Origin: an uncultured Nitrospiraceae bacterium
GTDB lineage: Bacteria > Nitrospirota > Nitrospiria > Nitrospirales > Nitrospiraceae
Direction: 5' to 3'
DNA: 64,000 nt
Assembly: GCA_963711905.1 (NCBI GenBank)
Contig: CAVQFZ010000019.1
Span: forward strand, 12,265-76,264
The position numbers were made by a program, and so were the translations under genes. Shown in pieces: positions 57,882-64,000 of this stretch; the stretch's first letter is position 1, and every line of letters begins with the position of its first letter. The notes beneath the pieces were generated by a model. The model made no database searches, was not told where the DNA came from, and saw only the letters and a program-made list of their open reading frames with translations.

Positions 57882-58649
57882 ATGCGCCAGAAGACCCAGA
57901 ACCGTAGACGAGAGCGACAGAACAAGAAGTGGATCATCACTGATCCCTCAAGTATCACCGCTTCTTCCTCGCGCCCGATCCGTGTTTTCATCGCCGATGG
58001 TTACGAAGTCGTCAGAGTCGGGGTGCGTGCGCTGTTGGAAGGGGAACGAGACCTCAAGGTAGTCGGTGAGGCCGACAACGCGGAGGACGTGCTTTGCAAA
58101 TCGCGACGAGCCAAGCCGGATGTGGTCTTGCTGGAATCAGGGCTCTCAGGCAGTTCGGAGTCCGAGATCTACAAGACCCTCCTGAATGTCCTTCCGTCTG
58201 TTCGAATCATCAGTGTGATGAGGGACGGTGACGCCGAGGCATTCTGCAACGCAACCGAGGCTGGTGCACAAGGGTTTCTTCGGAAGAGTAGCGGCCGGAT
58301 CGAGCTGGTTGGAGCGATTCGTACGGTCGCTAAGGGGGGCTCCTACCTCAGTTCGGAGGAAACCGATCAGACCCTCCGCCTCTTGAGACAGCGGCAGGAT
58401 ACGATATGCGCCCAGTCCACGCTGCATACCCTATCCCCGCAAGAACGGCGCATCATCGCGCTCATTGCCGAGGGAAACACCAATAAGGAGATCGCCGCGA
58501 AACTGATGCTGTCGGATAAGACGGTAAAAAACTATATCGGCAACATGTTTGCCAAGTTGGAGATCAAACGCCGCACCCAAGCGGTCGCGCTTTATCTCAA
58601 GGCCCAGTCGTCACAGTTGGAAGCGAGGCCTTCTTACGCCTTTCTTTGA
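57882..58649 (+). CDS. NarL/DevR-like regulator with degenerate (pseudo-)receiver
   Basis: IADGYE and DVVLLES (Asp to Glu), with an intact HTH LSPQERR..TNKEIA..LSDKTVKNY. Confidence 0.85.
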   Translation: MRQKTQNRRRERQNKKWIITDPSSITASSSRPIRVFIADGYEVVRVGVRALLEGERDLKVVGEADNAEDVLCKSRRAKPDVVLLESGLSGSSESEIYKTLLNVLPSVRIISVMRDGDAEAFCNATEAGAQGFLRKSSGRIELVGAIRTVAKGGSYLSSEETDQTLRLLRQRQDTICAQSTLHTLSPQERRIIALIAEGNTNKEIAAKLMLSDKTVKNYIGNMFAKLEIKRRTQAVALYLKAQSSQLEARPSYAFL

Positions 58650-58820
58650 CCGGAACTTCTGGAGCAGTATCGGTCCTCCGGTGAAAACCTGTCGGCGAAG
58701 CCGCAGCGGCTGACCCTGTTTCTTCTCACCTCCTCACCCGCTTCCCATCAAGTTTCTTATCAGGAAACCGAAACAATATGGGTAGTTTTTCCGAAATAGC
58801 AGAAGCGCTACGGACCTTTC

Positions 58821-61800
58821 ATGACTGGCTTATCCGGACTCTTCAAGCTGTCGTCGCCCCTAAGACGACTCTGGCATGCCCTTCCTCAAGGACATTCGCT
58901 CGAGAACGACGAATGGTAACGACGTCATCGTGGAATTGTGTGGCTCCTGTGGCTCCATGCGGCCGGGTTACCCGTGTTCGCCCTGATTGCGAACCGTCAC
59001 CTGACGCTCGGGTTCGTCGGGGGCTTGGCCCTCGCAGGACTCGCAGCTCTGGCGATATGCCCCCGGTTGGCGCCGCGATTGCGCGCCGCTTTGGCGACGA
59101 TTGGATTGATATTGGCCTCAGCGTTGGTGGTGCACATTTCCGGTGGGTTCATCGAATCGCACTTCCATTTCTTTGTGATGATGGCCGTCATCGTGCTGTA
59201 TCAGGACTGGCTACCCTTTCTACTGGCCCTTATTTCGGTCGTCCTAGACCATGGGGTTATCGGCATGCTGGCTCCTACGATGGTCTACAACCATCCGGCG
59301 GCCCTGCATCATCCATGGACATGGGCTCTCATCCACGGTGGATTCATCCTGGCCGAGTCTGCCGCGCTCCTCATCTATTGGCGTCTCAATGAAACGGCGC
59401 AGCTGGATTTAAGCAGAGAGAAGGAGAGGGGCTAGCGACAAGCAACTGGCGCGGGAACGCAACAAGCTTCAGGTCGTCTTGCACTCGCTGGGGGACGGCC
59501 TCTGCGTCGTGGATGCCGCATGGAAGATCCAGATGATCAACCACCAAGCAGAGCTGTTGTTCGGCGAGGTCGCTCATGCTCTCGTCGATCGGACTGCACA
59601 TCGGATGATTTTCACGGGATCGGAGGAGTGCCGAGAAGATTGTCTGATCATCGATGCCACGTTGTCATCCCTTGTCTCGGGAAAACCATACCGTACGGAC
59701 GACGGTGTGCTGGTGAGGGCAGACGGTCGAGCGTATGGCCATCTCCCTGGTCGTGACGCCTTTGCTTTCGGACGGCGAGGTCATCGGAGCGGTACTCGTG
59801 TTCAGGGACATCAGTCGGCGGAAGCAAGCCGAGCAAGAACAGCAACAAACCGAAGACCTCCTTCGAAGAATCCAAGCGGGCTTGTCCGAGTTGGCAAAAA
59901 GCCCCCAAGTCTACGGCGAGAGTCTCCAAGAGGCGTTTCAAACGGTGACGCGCGTGGCCGCAGAGTGTCTCCATGCCGAGCGAGTCAGCATCTGGTTTTT
60001 TACGACGGACCGCTCGGCTATTCAGTGCGTTGATCTTTATCGGCTGGCCGCTCGAGAACATTCTCAGGGAATGACATTGATGGCGACCGATTATCCGAAC
60101 TACTTCCAAGAACTCGATGCCGAGCGCATCGTGGCCGCCGATGATGTTCACACGGATTCGAGGACCGCAGAATTTACTGCGAGCTACCTGGCTCCGCTCG
60201 GCATTACCTCCATGCTCGACGTTCCGATTCGTTCGGAAGGCAAGATGGTTCGGCGTGATCTGCCATGAACATACGGGCCCCATGCGACATTGGACGCTCG
60301 AAGAACAACATCTTGCCGTGTCCGTGGCTAATACGCTGGCTTTGGCTATAGAGGCTGCTGATAGACGGAAGATGGAACAAGCGCTACGAATCAGCGAAGG
60401 ACGTCTGACGACGACGGTCCAGAGCACGAACATAGGGATCTGGGACTGGAATCTCAACTCCAACGAGGTCTATCTCTCGCCTGAGTGGAAACGGCAGCTG
60501 GGATATGACGATCACGAACTCGACAATACGTTTCAGGAATGGGAAAGACGGATTCACCCCGAAGATCACGACCGGTCATTGGGCGCCATTGAGGCGTTAT
60601 CTGAGTGGACGAACAACGTGGTACGAAGATCGAGCACCGTCTTCGCCATAAGGATGCCTCCTATCGGTGGATTCTTGCTCGCGGAACTGAGATCAAGAAT
60701 GAAGGTGAGTTGTCGTCCCGCATGGTGGGGATCCACATCGATGTAACCGACCGAAAATTGGTTGAAGAGCTGCTTCGTCAGGCCAAAGAAACTGCCGAAG
60801 CCGCCAGTCGGGCTAAGAGTCAATTCTTGGCGAACATGAGTCATGAAATCCGCACACCGATGAACGGAGTTCTAGGAATGGCGGAACTCTTGCTCAGATG
60901 CGCGCTCGGGGATAAAGAACGTCATTTGACGGAATCCATTCATCGATCCGGCACGGTACTGCTGGCCGTTATCAACGACATCTTGGACTTCTCCAAAATC
61001 GAAGCCGGGAAGATGCAGTTGGAGGCGATCCCTTTTGAGATTCGTCGGACGATTCAGGAAGCGGTTGATCTGGCGATGCTCGCTGCGCAAGGGAAGCACT
61101 TGCGGTTATCCCATCAAATCGATCCGAACGTTCCTCACTATCTCCTCGGAGATCCGGCACGGCTGAGACAGGTGCTCGTGAACCTGCTGGGGAATGCGAT
61201 CAAATTCACGGAACGGGGGACCATCGCGCTGATCGTGGATCTTGAAAGTCACACACACGGATTGTGTGGATTGTCGGTGTGTGTCGCCGATACAGGCATC
61301 GGTATCCCTCCTGAGGTTCACCCTTACATTTTTGAGGCCTTCTCACAGGCCGACGGTTCGACGACCAGGAAATATGGCGGGACAGGTTTGGGGCTGGCCA
61401 TCGTCAAGCAGCTCGTGACCTTGATGGGCGGGACTGTCGAGCTTCAGAGTCGTCTCGGCGAAGGCTCCGCGTTCCGATTTGTCGTGTACTTCAAGCGCAT
61501 GTGTCTCTCCTGCTCTCACCATGGTGCCGTCCTTCTCGTCGCCGAGTCACCTTGATTCAGGAACGATTCACACGGCAACGGGCCGAGCAGGCGGCCGCCA
61601 TACGCATCTTGTTGGTCGAAGATAATCCCGTGAATCGGAAAGTCGCCCGCGGCATGTTGGAGACCTTCGATTGCCGGATTGATACGGCGGAAAATGGGCG
61701 TGAAGCTGTCGCCGCAGGTGGCTGAATACTCGCTTGTCTTCATGGATTATCAAATGCCTGAACTGGATGGATTCACCGCGACCCGACTGAGTCAGAGAGC

Positions 61801-62501
61801 GTGAAGCGATGTTCGTGAAGCGTGAAACGCAAGACGAGATACGAACGACGAGCGACGAACGACGGCGTATGCCCCGCGTTCCCATCGTTGGTCTCACGGC
61901 TCATGCCATGCAGGGAGATCGAGAATTATGCCTCATCGCCGGCATGGACGATTACCTCACAAAACCATTTATGCTCTCACAACTTGAACAGGTACTTGCC
62001 CGTTGGCTTCCTCAAGCGATAACCGCCCAGGTTGATAGATATAGCCCATCGCTGAACTCATCAGGACAACAGACTGGTGGCGAGCAGCAAGTTGTTCCTC
62101 CGGAGGCAGGGACGCTCGAGGGCAAGAGCGTTGAACCGGTGAGCATTGATCAAAAGGCGTTGGCGGCCATCCGGGCTCTGCAATGGCCTGGTCACCTCGA
62201 CATATTATCTCGCGTCCTGTCTCAGTATATCGAGACGTCCCAGGGGACGGTCGACCGGATACGCTGCGCCGTCCAATCGAGGGATGCGGTTGAGATGCGT
62301 GCCGCAGCACATCAACTCAAGTCGAGCAGCGCCCAGCTGGGCGCCTCAGCGCTGGCTGCTGATTGTCGTGAGTTGGAAATGATGGGCGCTGGCCAAGAAT
62401 TGGAGCGGGCGGATGAGGCGTTAAAAAAACTGGAGCGGCACTACGCGGCCGCTTGTGACGCCTTCCAAGACGAGCTCACCAAAGGGAGAGCGACGGCATG
62501 A
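58821..62501 (+). pseudogene. Hybrid sensor kinase (TM-PAS-GAF-PAS-HisKA-HATPase-REC-HPt) broken by an in-frame TAA (58917) and about 8 frameshifts; possibly intact in vivo
   Basis: Consecutive fragments [89 protein letters not shown] and AAHQLKSSSA. Confidence 0.85.
61800..61869. repeat. Array of ten CG-initiated heptamers inserted in the receiver domain
   Basis: cgtgaag cgatgtt cgtgaag cgtgaaa cgcaaga cgagata cgaacga cgagcga cgaacga cggcgta. Confidence 0.85.
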
Positions 62502-63688
62502 CGAACGACCGTCGCCCAACGGTTCTGATCATCGATGATGATACCGTCACGCGATTGCTGGGTCGCGAGGCGCTTGAGCAATCCGGTTGGTCGGTCGAAG
62601 AGGCTGAAAACGGTCGGCTCGGGATCGAGGCGTTTGTCCGGCGCCCTCCCGATCTGGTGCTGCTGGACATCATGATGCCGGAAATGGATGGATTCGCCGT
62701 CTGTTCTGAATTGCGGCGATTGCCGGAAGGCACGCATACGCCGATACTCATCATGACCGGGCTCGAGGACTACCATTCGATTACCCAAGCGTATGAGGCC
62801 GGGGCTACTGACTTCATCGTCAAGCCCATCAATGTTCCCTTGCTTGGGCATCGGATGCGCTACATGTTACGCGCCGGTCAAGCCATGCAGGCGTTGCGGG
62901 ACAGCCAGGACATGTTGGTTCAGGCGCGCGACGCCGCTCTCGAAGGGGCGCGGTTGAAATCGGAGTTCCTTGCGACGATCAGCCATGAGATTCGCACGCC
63001 GATGAACGGCATTATCGGGATGGACGACTTGTTGCTTGATACGGATCTCACACCGGAACAGCGGGACTTCGCTGAAACGATCAAACTATCCGCCAAAGCG
63101 CTGCTCGACCTCGTCAACGATATCTTGGATTTTTCGACATTGGATGCGGGTCGGATCACGCTGAACCGGGAGGAATTCGCGCTGGAGAGGGTGATCGACG
63201 ATACCCTGGCTCTATTTCAAGGGCGGGCAAAAGCAAAGGGCATCCTCCTTCGCTGCGAAATCGCTTCGACAGTGCCGGCGAAACTGTGGGGAGATCCGGT
63301 TCGCCTCGGTCGCCTCCTTCCCCTGTTGCTCGGCAACGCCGTGAAGTTTACAGAACAGGGAGAAGTCTGTTTGCAGGTCCAACCGACTCCGGAGCCGACC
63401 GGCGAATCGGCGCTTGGCCCACGAACCAATGCCGGCCGTGTCCGGTTTTCAGTGACTGACACAGGGATCGGCATCAGCAGAACCGATGCTCGCCGGTTGT
63501 TCCAGCCTTTTGTGCAGGCGGATGGGTCCGATCGTCGCAAATACGGAGGCGCCGGTCTTGGGTTGGCTCTGGCCAAACAACTGGTGGAACTGATGGGGGG
63601 AACGATGGAATTTGAAAGCGAGCCCGGGAAGGGAAGCCGGTTTTGGTTTGACCTGTCGCTTGCTCGGGCAAGTGATGGTGAGCCATAG
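62498..63688 (+). CDS. REC-HisKA-HATPase hybrid histidine kinase
   Basis: [44 protein letters not shown] and GAGLGL. Confidence 0.92.
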   Translation: MTNDRRPTVLIIDDDTVTRLLGREALEQSGWSVEEAENGRLGIEAFVRRPPDLVLLDIMMPEMDGFAVCSELRRLPEGTHTPILIMTGLEDYHSITQAYEAGATDFIVKPINVPLLGHRMRYMLRAGQAMQALRDSQDMLVQARDAALEGARLKSEFLATISHEIRTPMNGIIGMDDLLLDTDLTPEQRDFAETIKLSAKALLDLVNDILDFSTLDAGRITLNREEFALERVIDDTLALFQGRAKAKGILLRCEIASTVPAKLWGDPVRLGRLLPLLLGNAVKFTEQGEVCLQVQPTPEPTGESALGPRTNAGRVRFSVTDTGIGISRTDARRLFQPFVQADGSDRRKYGGAGLGLALAKQLVELMGGTMEFESEPGKGSRFWFDLSLARASDGEP

Positions 63689-63694
63689 CTCTCC

Positions 63695-64000
63695 TCAGTG
63701 TTTCTTGTCTTTCTGCATGATCTTGTCCGTCCAAGCCAGCAAGATGGCGGAAGCGAGGAACGTCATATGGATGAAGATCTTCCACTTCAGATGTTCCGGG
63801 TTCTCGTTGGCGACGTCTACAAATCCTTTCAATAAATGAATACTCGAGATGCCGATCAAGGAAGCCGCCAGCTTGATCTTGATGGTGCCCGGGTCGACGT
63901 GCGTCAGCCAGTCAGGTCGGTCAGGATGATGCTCCAAATCCAGCTTGCTGACGAACGTGGCGTACCCCCCTATCACGACCATGGTCAGCAGATTCGCGAC
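63695..64000 (-). CDS. UPF0114/TIGR00645 (YqhA-like) membrane protein, 5' part outside the window
   Basis: VANLLTMVVIGGYATFVSKLD..PDWL..KIKLAASLIGISSIHLLK. Confidence 0.88.
   Translation of the reverse strand, partial: VANLLTMVVIGGYATFVSKLDLEHHPDRPDWLTHVDPGTIKIKLAASLIGISSIHLLKGFVDVANENPEHLKWKIFIHMTFLASAILLAWTDKIMQKDKKH

Noticed and set aside
1-64000. CRISPR array, rRNA, tRNA, transposase or integrase
   Set aside because: No regularly spaced repeat-spacer units, no recognisable stable-RNA motifs, and no DDE, tyrosine or serine recombinase motifs were seen by eye.

Overview
Bacterial chromosomal window of moderately high GC. It is probably Nitrospira-like; this is inferred from the gene repertoire and the in-frame heptamer repeats, not established. 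Bases 1-46,000 are an accessory, envelope-focused region made almost entirely of exported or membrane proteins. It holds an AsmA-like protein with an outer-membrane barrel, six SYLF/Ysc84 paralogs, three Spy/CpxP-like helical paralogs, an EEP hydrolase, MscS, GH63-like and GH13 glycosidases, a truncated FadL and an FGE + arylsulfatase pair. It also holds a lipase-like lipoprotein facing DUF4105, USP, DUF4403, a patatin, a Cys-rich/beta-barrel fusion, OmpA/MotB, an MltF-like transglycosylase and an M48 protease. The region is scattered with duplications, deletion scars, gene relics and REP-like stem-loops. Bases 47,000-64,000 hold uvrA (lacking the insertion domain), an AT-rich PIN-like gene, a HerA/DUF87-like ATPase and a signalling cluster (one HisKA_3 kinase, three NarL/LuxR regulators, two hybrid kinases), ending in a partial yqhA-like gene. 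Most frameshifts resolve as single-base insertions, so several apparent pseudogenes may be sequencing artefacts. No rRNA, tRNA, CRISPR array, transposase or integrase was recognised. The best candidates for undescribed biology are (i) a putative periplasmic lipid-handling island built around a repeated Spy-like + SYLF module, (ii) a PIN-like + HerA-like gene pair, and (iii) heptamer-repeat elements inserted in-frame into proteins.
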